Source: Bacteroidota bacterium (GTDB taxonomy: Bacteria > Bacteroidota > Bacteroidia > 2-12-FULL-35-15). Taken from it: DNA of 64,000 nucleotides. The notes under the pieces are model-generated. The model was not told the origin of the DNA, searched no databases, and saw only the letters and a list, made by a program, of their open reading frames with translations. A program made the position numbers and the translations under genes. The first letter of the stretch is position 1; the number at the start of each line of letters is the position of its first letter. Shown piece after piece: positions 1-9,154 of this stretch. The DNA is taken from positions 15,728 to 79,727 of the forward strand of contig JBQTHQ010000076.1 of NCBI GenBank assembly GCA_052389695.1, given 5' to 3'.

Positions 1-8
1 AAGAAGTC

Positions 9-317
9 ATGCAAAAATTTTCCGACTGGATTCTGAAATATAATTCGCATGGCAGACCCGTGTTTATTTCCGATAATCCTGCGTTTGACTGGCAATGGAT
101 AAATTATTACTTCCATTATTTCATTGGAAAAAATCCATTCGGATTTTCAGCAAGAAGGATTGGCGACCTGTATTGCGGCATGATGAAGGACACAAACCAA
201 CGATGGAAGCATCTAAGAAAAACAACGCATGACCACAACCCGGTCAATGATGCAAAAGGGAATGCAGAGGCATTGTTAGCAATGCACGAGATGGGTTTAA
301 AAATAACAATTAAATAA
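9..317 (+). CDS. DEDDh (DnaQ-like) 3'-5' exonuclease domain protein, C-terminal part; N-terminus lies upstream of the window
   Basis: ORF runs from window edge; C-terminal Exo III-like motif H-x4-D-A-x3-A-E-x-L-x-A-M (HNPVNDAKGNAEALLAM) resembles DnaQ HGALLDAQILAEVYLAM. Confidence 0.5.
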   Translation: MQKFSDWILKYNSHGRPVFISDNPAFDWQWINYYFHYFIGKNPFGFSARRIGDLYCGMMKDTNQRWKHLRKTTHDHNPVNDAKGNAEALLAMHEMGLKITIK

Positions 318-324
318 TTTAAAG

Positions 325-660
325 ATGGAACCTATCTTCATAACAAATTTAAATAAGGAAGAATATAAAGAACTGTTGAGAGAAACTTTTAGGGAAGTCC
401 TTAAAGAAAAAACAACGGATAACCCTCGCTTCGCTGAAATCCTTAATGCACAACAGGCATCTGAATTTTTACATCTCCGAGTTGCTTCTATTTATGAAAA
501 GACTTCTACAAAACAAATCCCTCACTTTAAAAAAGGGAATAAACTTTATTTTAATCGCACAGAACTTGAAGCGTGGATTCAGCAGGGAAAAGTGAAAACA
601 GCGGATGAAATAGAATCGCAAGCCATCACTTATTTAGCAACGAATAAAAAAAATCACTAA
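325..660 (+). CDS. helix-turn-helix DNA-binding protein, excisionase-family (HTH_17-like) typical of Bacteroidetes integrative elements
   Basis: 111 aa; segment NAQQASEFLHLRVASIYEKTSTKQIPHFKKGNKLYFNRTELEAWIQQG matches the Bacteroidetes excisionase/HTH fold pattern; 7 bp after preceding ORF. Confidence 0.6.
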   Translation: MEPIFITNLNKEEYKELLRETFREVLKEKTTDNPRFAEILNAQQASEFLHLRVASIYEKTSTKQIPHFKKGNKLYFNRTELEAWIQQGKVKTADEIESQAITYLATNKKNH

Positions 661-671
661 CCGGAAATTTA

Positions 672-1373
672 TTGTCCATTCTTTTGAAATCAAAATTTAT
701 TACACATATCGGAAAATTAAATACTGTCTTAAAAAGTAAGCAGCCTGAAACCTTTGACCCGTTATGGATTCAAAAACATTTACCGAAATTCTATTCGTTT
801 ATGTTCGATAATCTTTGCACCAGAAAAGGAGAGATTGATTGGGATTTAGTAACGGTATGCCTTGATAGAACTTTTCAGAAACGTTGGGTATATAGCAAAA
901 CGGAAATAGTTGCCTCGTATTCTGATGAACAGGAGGTTAATTCAATCCTCGATAAATATAAATCAAAATTGTACACTCTTGCCGTTTCACTCGATGCCGA
1001 GGATAAATTAATACGCGACCGAATTCTAACGCGCTTAGTTAGGACTGCGCAACAAGGAAATGAATTAGCCAGGAAGCAAGTAGTGGAGCAAACTAATTTT
1101 ATGATTTATGACTGGATGGAAAATTCAAAACACATGGCACGATGGAGAGGAAATGAAAGTGAAATGAAAAAGCAAATAGAAACATGCGTTAGGAATTATC
1201 AGTATAGCGGAAGCTTCACAACCTATTTGTTCCTGACTTTTTATTATGCGGCACGAGGATTACGGCAAACACAATCGCTTGATACCCCTTTTGGCAAAGG
1301 GAAGAAAAGAAGAATTGATTTCGTTGCAATGGAGGAAGTGGCAGAGTCCGATTGTTTATCGATTTGGGAATGA
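672..1373 (+). CDS. hypothetical protein (weak resemblance to sigma-70 region-2-like helix; function unknown)
   Basis: 233-aa ORF co-directional and tightly spaced with HTH gene; an overlapping out-of-frame 80-aa ORF (1246-1488) could indicate a 3' frameshift. Confidence 0.4.
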   Translation: MSILLKSKFITHIGKLNTVLKSKQPETFDPLWIQKHLPKFYSFMFDNLCTRKGEIDWDLVTVCLDRTFQKRWVYSKTEIVASYSDEQEVNSILDKYKSKLYTLAVSLDAEDKLIRDRILTRLVRTAQQGNELARKQVVEQTNFMIYDWMENSKHMARWRGNESEMKKQIETCVRNYQYSGSFTTYLFLTFYYAARGLRQTQSLDTPFGKGKKRRIDFVAMEEVAESDCLSIWE

Positions 1374-1721
1374 AGATAAAATAAAATTGAAACACTTATA
1401 TTGCTTGATGGCAAGAATTAAAGAAGCCGAAAAAGAAGTGAATATATTGAAAATGAAATATCTCTCGCAATATAGCCCACTCAAGTGACGCTTAGTTTAT
1501 GCATTTTTAATGCACATTTCCGCCTGTCGATTAAAATTCAGCGTAAGCCTCTATCATGCCCATAAATTCAAATATTTTATCTAAATCTTCGGGATCAAAG
1601 TTCTCACTTTCCCCCATTGAGTCCACCAATTAGACAAGGGTTACAGACAATCAATGTTTGTAGCCCTTTATTATTTGCACACAATTTGCACTCCATCATA
1701 GCCTAGTTTAACATAAGTTGA

Positions 1722-1870
1722 TTAAATCATCCCCTCGTCAGTAAAGCTGGAAAAGGATTCGTTAGTAATGATAATGTGATCGAGCAATGGTATGTCCATT
1801 ACCCTACCAGCCTCTTTCAAGCTCTTTGTAAGCTTTATATCAGCTTCTGATGGCTTTGTATTGCCTGACT
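1722..1870 (-). pseudogene. RadC-like JAB-domain protein, C-terminal fragment only (gene remnant)
   Basis: Minus-strand translation gives SGNTKPSEADIKLTKSLKEAGRVMDIPLLDHIIITNESFSSFTDEGMI*, the conserved RadC C-terminus (PS-x-x-D...LLDHIII...SF...G); upstream frame is interrupted by stops and no ORF >=60 aa exists. Confidence 0.55.
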
Positions 1871-2103
1871 AAATGAAATAGTTCCAAATTATATTAACCA
1901 CATACCTAGAATGCGTTTTGGGTTAACAACCAGAGAATATGAATACTTTAAATCAAGCATTGGGAATAAGCGTATTGAGGATTTTAGTCTGACTTGGTAT
2001 AATTCAGGCGAATATGTTACTTATAACTCAATGAGTAAAAAAATAATAGCGCATCCTCTTCCTTGGTAGGCATGTGATAAATATAGCAAGTAATTGAATA
2101 AAA

Positions 2104-2135
2104 AGGGGATCAGCAATGAACCCCTTTTCTTTTTG
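2104..2135. terminator. stem-loop terminator (aaaagggg-12nt loop-cccctttt) downstream of the minus-strand operon ending at 2160
   Basis: Perfect 8-bp GC-containing stem flanked by A/T runs on both strands. Confidence 0.45.
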
Positions 2136-2159
2136 AGTGTAAATCATCAGTACAAAAGG

Positions 2160-3083
2160 TTAGTCATCTTCATCATAATAAGGCGCTCTGCAAAGAATTT
2201 CACCTTTCTTATTTATCCAATAGGCTTTTTTGTTTATATGAACCGTAGCAGAGTCGTCTAGGAAGTTGCCTCCTCCGTCAAATTTAAATGGAATAATTAC
2301 ATTGCCATTTCTATCCACATAACCAGTCTTACCATTTTTCCATGCAAGCATTAGCCCATTATAGTTATTATCAAGAGTTTCATATTTGCCCAAAGGAATC
2401 AGTATTTTACCTGTTGAATCAATTGCACCCTTTTTTCCATCGCGTACAACTACCCTAACTCCGTTAAACAGGCGATCTGTCCAATCAAAACGAGTATCAA
2501 CTTCAACAGTATTTTCCTTCCCATCTTTTATTGTAGAAAATTTTAAAACAGAGTCTTTAAAAGAAATAAATTTTATTTTCTCTGGAACCTCCCAACCATC
2601 CAAATCCGGGCGTATGTTTCTTTTAGCATAAATGGGATTTTCTATTGTGACAGTTACTTGTCGCTGTTGTCTATCATTAAATGTGGAATAAGTAAGATAA
2701 AAATCCTGATAAACTTGTTCTTTGAAAAGGGTTTCGTCTATAAAAGCTAAACTTAACATTATTGAGAGCCACCCAATTGCTATTCCTCCTAAACCCGAAA
2801 GTAAAGAAATAATTTTTACAGTTGTTTTTACTTTTTTTGAAATTAGGAGTAATATAGAATTTATCACTAATAATAAATTACCGAGTAGAAATATTGATTC
2901 ATAAAAATATGGATACAGTAGTTCAATGTGGAAAAACAGAGCTAGTACAAAAGAAGCAAGAGAAAACACAAAACAGAGCGAACATAATACCGCGAGGCGT
3001 TTATTTCCATATTTCACAGTATAGATTATTGTAAATATCGTCAACGCTAACTGTATATATAGACCAATATACATCATTGTCAT
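2160..3083 (-). CDS. WG-repeat-containing membrane protein
   Basis: N-terminal ~120 aa of hydrophobic helices, then repeated K-x-G-x-(I/V)D-x-x-G-x-(I/V)-I-P motifs (KKGAIDSTGKILIPLGKYE, GKTGYVDRNGNVIIPFKFD, KKAYWINKKGEIL) typical of WG repeats. Confidence 0.65.
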   Translation of the reverse strand: MTMMYIGLYIQLALTIFTIIYTVKYGNKRLAVLCSLCFVFSLASFVLALFFHIELLYPYFYESIFLLGNLLLVINSILLLISKKVKTTVKIISLLSGLGGIAIGWLSIMLSLAFIDETLFKEQVYQDFYLTYSTFNDRQQRQVTVTIENPIYAKRNIRPDLDGWEVPEKIKFISFKDSVLKFSTIKDGKENTVEVDTRFDWTDRLFNGVRVVVRDGKKGAIDSTGKILIPLGKYETLDNNYNGLMLAWKNGKTGYVDRNGNVIIPFKFDGGGNFLDDSATVHINKKAYWINKKGEILCRAPYYDEDD

Positions 3084-3703
3084 TTCTTAAGAAGTTTTTT
3101 CATTTCTTCCATTTTATCTGTATTCTTTCCCAGCTCATAGTATTTCACTGCGGTTTGATAATCCTTTTGCTTTTCTGCTTTTTTTGCTACTGACAACCAT
3201 GCTTCCACACAAAAATCAGTATCTGGACCATCGCATTCTTCAGTATTAGCAATTCCCACTAATTCATCTAATGTAAGTTTTTCATCACAAATTTTTATTT
3301 GTTTACTTATATACTCATTTAAAGAAAGTAGTTTTTCCTTATTAACAACATAAGGATACATTACAAAAAAAGAATGACCGTATGAAATTCGAGCTCTTCT
3401 ATAAATCCCTGCATTAAATAAACTGTCTCCATATTTGAAAGATATAAATGAATCCAATACTTCATTTGCTAGAATGGAATCAACATAGGTTATTTTTTTA
3501 TAAGTAAGTTTTTGGAGGGCTTCGTTGGGTTTTAATTCTAATGCGCGGCAGTAGTAGTGGTGAGCCATAGTATAATCTTTGAGGAGTAAAAAGCTATCAG
3601 CTTTCATAATATACCTTGCATAATCACTCGTTACTTGTCCCTTGCTTTGTTGAACAATTAGCAGAAAGGTTATTGAGAATAGAAGTATTGTCCACCGTGT
3701 CAT
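3080..3703 (-). CDS. secreted TPR-like repeat protein
   Basis: Start chosen at MTRWTILLFSITFLLIVQQ (signal-peptide-like), not the ORF-track start at 3820; 4-bp overlap with the downstream WG gene suggests an operon; helical repeat content (YYCRALELKPNEA, AVKYYELGK). Confidence 0.5.
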   Translation of the reverse strand: MTRWTILLFSITFLLIVQQSKGQVTSDYARYIMKADSFLLLKDYTMAHHYYCRALELKPNEALQKLTYKKITYVDSILANEVLDSFISFKYGDSLFNAGIYRRARISYGHSFFVMYPYVVNKEKLLSLNEYISKQIKICDEKLTLDELVGIANTEECDGPDTDFCVEAWLSVAKKAEKQKDYQTAVKYYELGKNTDKMEEMKKLLKK

Positions 3704-3797
3704 TAAAAGCTCTAAATGAACGAATTTTAGGTTTTTAATGTTCATTGGTTTAAATTTGAGTAAAGATACAAATATGGGAACGTTAAGTCCTGTTAAT

Positions 3798-4541
3798 ATG
3801 TTGCATTCTAAAAGATTCATTTTAATTTATTACCTGATCTTGCTTGGTACTGCTTGCGGGAATATAGGTAGTTCGAGTTCAGAAAATGCTCCAATTTATT
3901 ACAGAGAACAGAATAAAACCATTAATAATATCAATTATTTTATCATTACTCCGGTTGAAGCTCATATTGATTTTGAGCTTACACGTCCCCCTAAAAATGA
4001 TCAAAATATTCTTTTATGTGTACCGGGTGCTTATACTGATCTTAAAACGTATGGAGTAGACGGTCTTCATATCTGTAAAGGGAAGGTTTTTAACAAAGAC
4101 CATATCAATTATACTTTAGGTGGAGGGGTAAAAATTATCAACGATAAAGTGGAAATTTTCCCAACTGGTTATGGCAAATTGCTAAATGATTCTTTACTAA
4201 AAACTATAACTGATCAAAATGGAATATTTTTCCAACAAACACAATGCATAATTAACGGTATTGCAGAAAAATTTAGAGATACGAAATTATTTCAGCGAAG
4301 AGGAATCATTACTTTAAAAACCGGAGGTTATGCAATTGTTGAATCGGAACAACCAATAACTCTAAGACAATTTTCAGATGATATGGTTATGTTTGGAGCA
4401 AAAGATTTACTGAATTTTGATATGGGTTCATGGGATGAAGGCTGGTACCGGAATCCCAGTACGAATAAAACAACTGTTTTAGGACAAAGTTTGGCACAAA
4501 CTGCTAAGCAAACGAATTGGGTAGTATTAAAAAAGAATTAG
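3798..4541 (+). CDS. lipoprotein, unknown function
   Basis: Start at MLHSKRFILIYYLILLGTAC (lipobox LGTAC); ORF-track start 3738 lies upstream in a non-hydrophobic region. Confidence 0.5.
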   Translation: MLHSKRFILIYYLILLGTACGNIGSSSSENAPIYYREQNKTINNINYFIITPVEAHIDFELTRPPKNDQNILLCVPGAYTDLKTYGVDGLHICKGKVFNKDHINYTLGGGVKIINDKVEIFPTGYGKLLNDSLLKTITDQNGIFFQQTQCIINGIAEKFRDTKLFQRRGIITLKTGGYAIVESEQPITLRQFSDDMVMFGAKDLLNFDMGSWDEGWYRNPSTNKTTVLGQSLAQTAKQTNWVVLKKN

Positions 4542-4542
4542 T

Positions 4543-5043
4543 ATGAAATATATAGCACTTTGCGTATTTGTTCTTTTTATATCCTGTACGGAAAACCACA
4601 ATTTATCGCAAAATTTTTCTTGTGAAGAATTCGAAATAAAATATCCTGATGGCTGGAAAATAGTATTAGAAACTCCAGATACAGAAAATACTTATCTTAC
4701 AGCTTATCTTCTTTATAATCCCCAGTTAAAAGTTCCGAGTGGTACTTATAAAAGAGATAGCTTAATTACCATTGAACCGCTATTTATAGGACCTCAAGAT
4801 ATGTCAGATGTCAATTTACTTCTTAAAATGACTATGAGTAAAAAGATGCTCAGTGAAATACAATATGTTAATTCTGTTCCTTATGTATTTCTAGGAGAAA
4901 AGGATAGAACAATATCTTGGGCCACTGTTAGGCAAGGAGGAAAAGGAATGTACTTTATCGAATTTAGCATTGAAAAAACGAGTAAAAATATAATCAGCGA
5001 AAACCTTATTACATCTATTATAGCGACAATAAAAGTTAAATAA
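4543..5043 (+). CDS. lipoprotein, unknown function
   Basis: MKYIALCVFVLFISC lipobox; 2 bp after upstream lipoprotein gene. Confidence 0.5.
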   Translation: MKYIALCVFVLFISCTENHNLSQNFSCEEFEIKYPDGWKIVLETPDTENTYLTAYLLYNPQLKVPSGTYKRDSLITIEPLFIGPQDMSDVNLLLKMTMSKKMLSEIQYVNSVPYVFLGEKDRTISWATVRQGGKGMYFIEFSIEKTSKNIISENLITSIIATIKVK

Positions 5044-5046
5044 AAA

Positions 5047-5214
5047 ATGCTAAAAAAAAGTATATACATATTATTAATCTTTCTACAAGAGTTTTCTGCT
5101 TATAGTCAGAATGATACTATTAATAAAGGATATTACTCTAATAAAAATTTTCAATTTGTAACTATAAGAATAAATGGAAATATTTACTACTGGCAAATTA
5201 GTTCAAACATATAG
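5047..5214 (+). CDS. possible small secreted peptide (55 aa), below the ORF-track cutoff
   Basis: ATG 4 bp after the stop of the 4543-5043 gene; translation MLKKSIYILLIFLQEFSAYSQNDTINKGYYSNKNFQFVTIRINGNIYYWQISSNI begins with a signal-peptide-like segment. Confidence 0.25.
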   Translation: MLKKSIYILLIFLQEFSAYSQNDTINKGYYSNKNFQFVTIRINGNIYYWQISSNI

Positions 5215-5490
5215 ATTTGGTCGCTTTGGGAAATATATCATGATTCGCTTTCACCATATAAAGCAGATTTTTAAGCTGAAATACAAAAATTAAATTTCTT
5301 CTCACAACCCCTCCAAGAAATTTTTCATTAGCTTGTAGAAATTTAGCTTTAGCTTAAAGAATGTTTACGGTTGTCCGGAGGTATTTTCCTTTGGCAATAA
5401 GAAAACTTCCATCCTCTCAGAGTGTTTTAACGATAGCTTTAGGTATTTTTGCTTTGGCAGAAAGAAATTTTATAATCTCTTTGTCTTTAA

Positions 5491-5748
5491 TTACATTTTA
5501 TTTTGAATAAGAGGACTACTGAATGCGTCCTTAACCTCATTCATGCTGCCTGTTCCAATCAGTCCAAGCTCGGTAAGCTTTTCAAACATTTCTTCCTCGG
5601 TCCAATGGTCTTTCTCATACGTTGACATTACAAAGTTGATACGTTCAATTAAATCCTTGTTACCATATTTTAGAATGACTGCTTTTCGCATCATTTCTTT
5701 TTCGTGCGTTTTGATCTCGCCTTCTATGCGGTCGCTAAATTCTGTCAT
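5491..5748 (-). CDS. small hypothetical protein (85 aa)
   Basis: Clean ORF, charged/helical; co-directional with the two K/R-rich genes upstream. Confidence 0.4.
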   Translation of the reverse strand: MTEFSDRIEGEIKTHEKEMMRKAVILKYGNKDLIERINFVMSTYEKDHWTEEEMFEKLTELGLIGTGSMNEVKDAFSSPLIQNKM

Positions 5749-5837
5749 GATGTTTTTTAGATCTCTTTTGTATTATTCATTAAAATAAATATTTTTAATT
5801 AGTCTTTATCTTATTCTGTAAATTTTACACAATTGAT

Positions 5838-6164
5838 TTATCTTGGAGGATCGTTAGCGTACTGGGGTTTTTCTTCTTTAACCTCAGTTGTAGCTGCTGA
5901 TTTGTTTTGTTCACGCTCGGATTTTGGGTCTTTTTTCTTACTTCGTTTTGATAATTTTCTGTTTCCAATGATCTTAGGATTATTCATTTCCTTGCTATCT
6001 TCTGCTCTTTTTCTTCTGATATTTTCTCTTTTGCGCTCCGCTTTTAATTCCGATTTTGCCTGTTTGTTAGTAGCATCGGGACCTGCTTTTTGAGCTTTTG
6101 ACGGTATTGCTGAAATAAAAATTACAAGCAATGCGATCAATACTATTTTTATATTCTGTTTCAT
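5838..6164 (-). CDS. secreted highly charged (K/R/E-rich) low-complexity protein, paralog A
   Basis: Signal peptide MKQNIKIVLIALLVIFISAIPSKAQ, then TNKQAKSELKAERKRENIRRKRAEDSK...; shares the TNKQAK(S/T)ELKAERKRE motif and a ~45-nt near-identical DNA stretch with the 6220-6495 gene. Confidence 0.5.
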   Translation of the reverse strand: MKQNIKIVLIALLVIFISAIPSKAQKAGPDATNKQAKSELKAERKRENIRRKRAEDSKEMNNPKIIGNRKLSKRSKKKDPKSEREQNKSAATTEVKEEKPQYANDPPR

Positions 6165-6219
6165 AGTGTTATAAACGGGGAAAAACGCAATCCGGATTTA
6201 ATATTGAATCATCACATGA

Positions 6220-6495
6220 TTAAGGCTTTTTGGAATCGTCCGGCGATTTTGGAATATTTTTTTCCCTTCTTTTAAGACCTTTTTTATCCTTGGCCAGTTT
6301 ATCCATTTCTTTTTGATCCTTTTTTTCTTCGGCTTTTTCCCTTTTTCTTCTTTCCTTCTCTCTTTTGCGCTCCGCTTTTAATTCCGTTTTTGCCTGCTTG
6401 TTAGTCACTGATGGCGGCTGTTGTTGTGCTTTTGACCTTGATGTTACGATCAAAACAATTAAAATTATCGCATAATATTTTAGAATGTATTTCAT
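6220..6495 (-). CDS. secreted highly charged (K/R/E-rich) low-complexity protein, paralog B
   Basis: Signal peptide MKYILKYYAIILIVLIVTSRSKAQ then TNKQAKTELKAERKREKERRKREK...; tandem with paralog A. Confidence 0.5.
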   Translation of the reverse strand: MKYILKYYAIILIVLIVTSRSKAQQQPPSVTNKQAKTELKAERKREKERRKREKAEEKKDQKEMDKLAKDKKGLKRREKNIPKSPDDSKKP

Positions 6496-6624
6496 GCTTG
6501 TTACTAACGAAAAAAAACAGTTCAGGGATTTATTACACTATTGAAATTTTAATTTTAATTACGAGATTTTTATTGGGTGTGGAATTATTTAAGTTTACAT
6601 TTAGGCATTAAAAATTACGTTAAA

Positions 6625-7404
6625 ATGGAAACCAATAAAGAATTAAGGCTTGCAGTACTTATTGATGCTGATAATGTTCCTTATGCAAATGTGAAAGAAA
6701 TGATGGAAGAGATCGCTAAATATGGCACTCCAACATTTAAACGTATCTATGCCGACTGGACAAAACCAACGGTTTCAGGATGGAAAAATGTTCTTTTGGA
6801 AAATGCCATAACACCTATTCAGCAATATAGTTATACAAGCGGTAAAAATGCCACTGATTCGGCAATGATCATTGATGCAATGGATATTTTATACAGCGGC
6901 CGCGTGGATGGCTTTTGTATTGTATCCAGCGACAGCGATTTTACAAGAATTGCAACACGGCTCAGGGAAGCAGGAATGAAAGTGTTTGGGATCGGTGAGA
7001 AAAAAACGCCAATGCCATTTATCTCGGCTTGTGATAAATTTATTTATATAGAAATATTAAAAAGTACAAAAGCCCCTGTTAAAGATCCTGCTTTATTATC
7101 GGCTCAAAAAACAACAAACACAAAAACGGGTTTACCCAAAAAAGAAACGATCAGCAAAATTGATAATAACCTCATAAAATTAATTCACGACAGTGTTGAT
7201 GATCTCGCTGATGAAGATGGCTGGACATTCTTAGGAAATCTTGGGAATCTTCTGATCAAAAAGAAACCCGACTTTGATGCCAGGAACTATGGCTTTATTA
7301 AACTTGCCCAGTTAATAAAAAGCACCGGCCGTTTTGAGATTGATGAGAGGCGATCAGGAAAAAACAATAATACCCATGTTTATGTAAAGAATAAAACTTC
7401 ATAA
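6625..7404 (+). CDS. NYN-domain (predicted RNase) protein with C-terminal OST-HTH/LOTUS domain
   Basis: Start at METNKEL; LAVLIDADNV...GKNATDSAMIIDAMD...GFCIVSSDSDF matches the NYN Asp-rich core; C-terminus DEDGWTFLGNLGNLLIKKKPDFDARNYGFIKLAQLIKS resembles OST-HTH/LOTUS. Confidence 0.75.
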   Translation: METNKELRLAVLIDADNVPYANVKEMMEEIAKYGTPTFKRIYADWTKPTVSGWKNVLLENAITPIQQYSYTSGKNATDSAMIIDAMDILYSGRVDGFCIVSSDSDFTRIATRLREAGMKVFGIGEKKTPMPFISACDKFIYIEILKSTKAPVKDPALLSAQKTTNTKTGLPKKETISKIDNNLIKLIHDSVDDLADEDGWTFLGNLGNLLIKKKPDFDARNYGFIKLAQLIKSTGRFEIDERRSGKNNNTHVYVKNKTS

Positions 7405-7661
7405 CTATCCTTATTTTGCATCCCGCTTTACATCTTAAAGCAAAGCCGATTGCTAGTTGTATTATTCTAGATCATATTACATTCACTGATATGGTTAGGA
7501 AAAATAATGTGGGCCAGTTCGCAAGGAAAGACTTCGCTGGAACCTAAATTCACTACACAATAAAAAATAAATCCGGGAATTTCAAAGGTTCCGGTGCGAT
7601 CCTTTAAGCTTACAGATAATTTCAGAGTTTAATTCCAAATGTTTTCTATTTTTACATATTA

Positions 7662-9140
7662 ATGACAAACGTGAAAGAAAAGGTCTCCATCAACAAATAC
7701 CTCTGCTTGTCAATTGCCCTGTTACTGTTAACATACAGCTCCTACAGAAGCTTTAACCTGCCGTTCACCCATGATGAAAGCAACAGTTACCTGCATGGTG
7801 TACACCATTCATTCATGGAAATAGTATCCAATAATATGCCCTTGGCAACTGCCAATAATCACATGCTCAACACGCTGTTCATGAAATTTTTTGAATCCCT
7901 GTTCGGCAGCAGTGTTTTTGCTTTACGCCTTCAAAGCTTAATTGCTCACGGGCTTTTCCTGTTGTTTACTTTTTTATTATTAAAAGATCTGAGATCGACT
8001 CTGGTTTTTATCTGTGGTTTTATCCTGCTTAATTTAAATCCTTATTTGTTCGATTTCTTTTCGCTAGCCAGGGGATACGCGCTTGCTATCGCTTTCATGT
8101 TGATTAGTCTTTATTTTCTATTAAATTTTATTAAAAATAACCATCCAAATAATCATAAAAACCTTTGGTTTACGCTGGTCTTTGGCAGTTTGGCTGTACT
8201 GGCTAATTTTGCGCTATTTAATTATTTTGCGGCCTTATTGCTTTTAATTCAATTGCATTTCCTCCGGGCATTTTCTCCGGGTGATTTGAGTTGGAAAAAA
8301 TATTTTTTCCAAAAAAATAAACCGGTCTTTATCACTATTCTCATTTTAGGAGTGATCTGTTTCGAACCTATCCGGAAACTAATTAAGTTTAATTGTTTGT
8401 ACTTTGGCGGGGACAAAGGCTTTTGGCAGGACACTGTTGGATCACTGATCCAAAAATTCACTTACAACCAAAATTATCAAATTAACATTCCCTTTTATAT
8501 TCAAGCAATAATCATTCTTTTTCTTCTGTTCTATATTGGAATTTTTATTTACAGATTTCTCAAAAAGGATTTCAGCCCCGAAAATGATACCGGTTTTGTA
8601 ATGCTGTTATTGTTATGTTCAATGGTAACAGTAAGCGTTACACAAAACCTTTTATTAGGAACTATGTTTGTCATGGAGCGTTTTGCGCTGTTCTTTTTCC
8701 CCATTTTTATGATCTGCTTTATTTATTTTTTTGATGCTTTGCATGAAGGGAATAAATTTGTAAAAATAGGCAGTATGGCATTTTTAATTTTGTGTTCATC
8801 CATTTATTCTTATCATTTTTACAGAACCATCAATGTAACTTATTGTGATGACTGGAGATACGATGCTGATACACTACACATGCTGCAGGATATTGAAAAA
8901 CAAATTGATAATAAACCAAATAATAAAATAAACTTAGGCGTTTCCTGGTATTTTTCACCCACAATTAATTTTTACAGGAAAACAAAAAAATTAACCTGGT
9001 TGAATGAGGTGAACCGGGAAGGTCCGATAGGGAAATATGATTATTATTTTGCAGGGCCCGAGGCATTGGATACATTAGTCCGGTCTCACAAAACAATTTT
9101 AAAATCCTATCCGGTATTCGGTGGAACACTTTTAAAATAA
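7662..9140 (+). CDS. GT-C fold membrane glycosyltransferase (PMT/ArnT-like, GT39/GT83-type)
   Basis: ~12 predicted TM helices; DE-type motif right after TM1 (PFTHDESNSY); first gene of the glycan locus. Confidence 0.5.
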   Translation: MTNVKEKVSINKYLCLSIALLLLTYSSYRSFNLPFTHDESNSYLHGVHHSFMEIVSNNMPLATANNHMLNTLFMKFFESLFGSSVFALRLQSLIAHGLFLLFTFLLLKDLRSTLVFICGFILLNLNPYLFDFFSLARGYALAIAFMLISLYFLLNFIKNNHPNNHKNLWFTLVFGSLAVLANFALFNYFAALLLLIQLHFLRAFSPGDLSWKKYFFQKNKPVFITILILGVICFEPIRKLIKFNCLYFGGDKGFWQDTVGSLIQKFTYNQNYQINIPFYIQAIIILFLLFYIGIFIYRFLKKDFSPENDTGFVMLLLLCSMVTVSVTQNLLLGTMFVMERFALFFFPIFMICFIYFFDALHEGNKFVKIGSMAFLILCSSIYSYHFYRTINVTYCDDWRYDADTLHMLQDIEKQIDNKPNNKINLGVSWYFSPTINFYRKTKKLTWLNEVNREGPIGKYDYYFAGPEALDTLVRSHKTILKSYPVFGGTLLK

Positions 9141-9154
9141 AAAAAACTTGGTAC

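Noticed and set aside
1246-1488. 80-aa ORF overlapping the 3' end of the 672-1373 gene in another frame
   Set aside because: Most likely an alternative-frame shadow or the product of a frameshift in the upstream gene; the unique tail (MARIKEAEKEVNILKMKYLSQYSPLK) is too short to support a separate gene.
7405-7661. Possible invertible (phase-variable) promoter upstream of the glycan locus
   Set aside because: Only a weak 8-bp inverted repeat (ctggaacc…ggttccgg) was found and no recombinase gene is adjacent; insufficient to call an invertible promoter.
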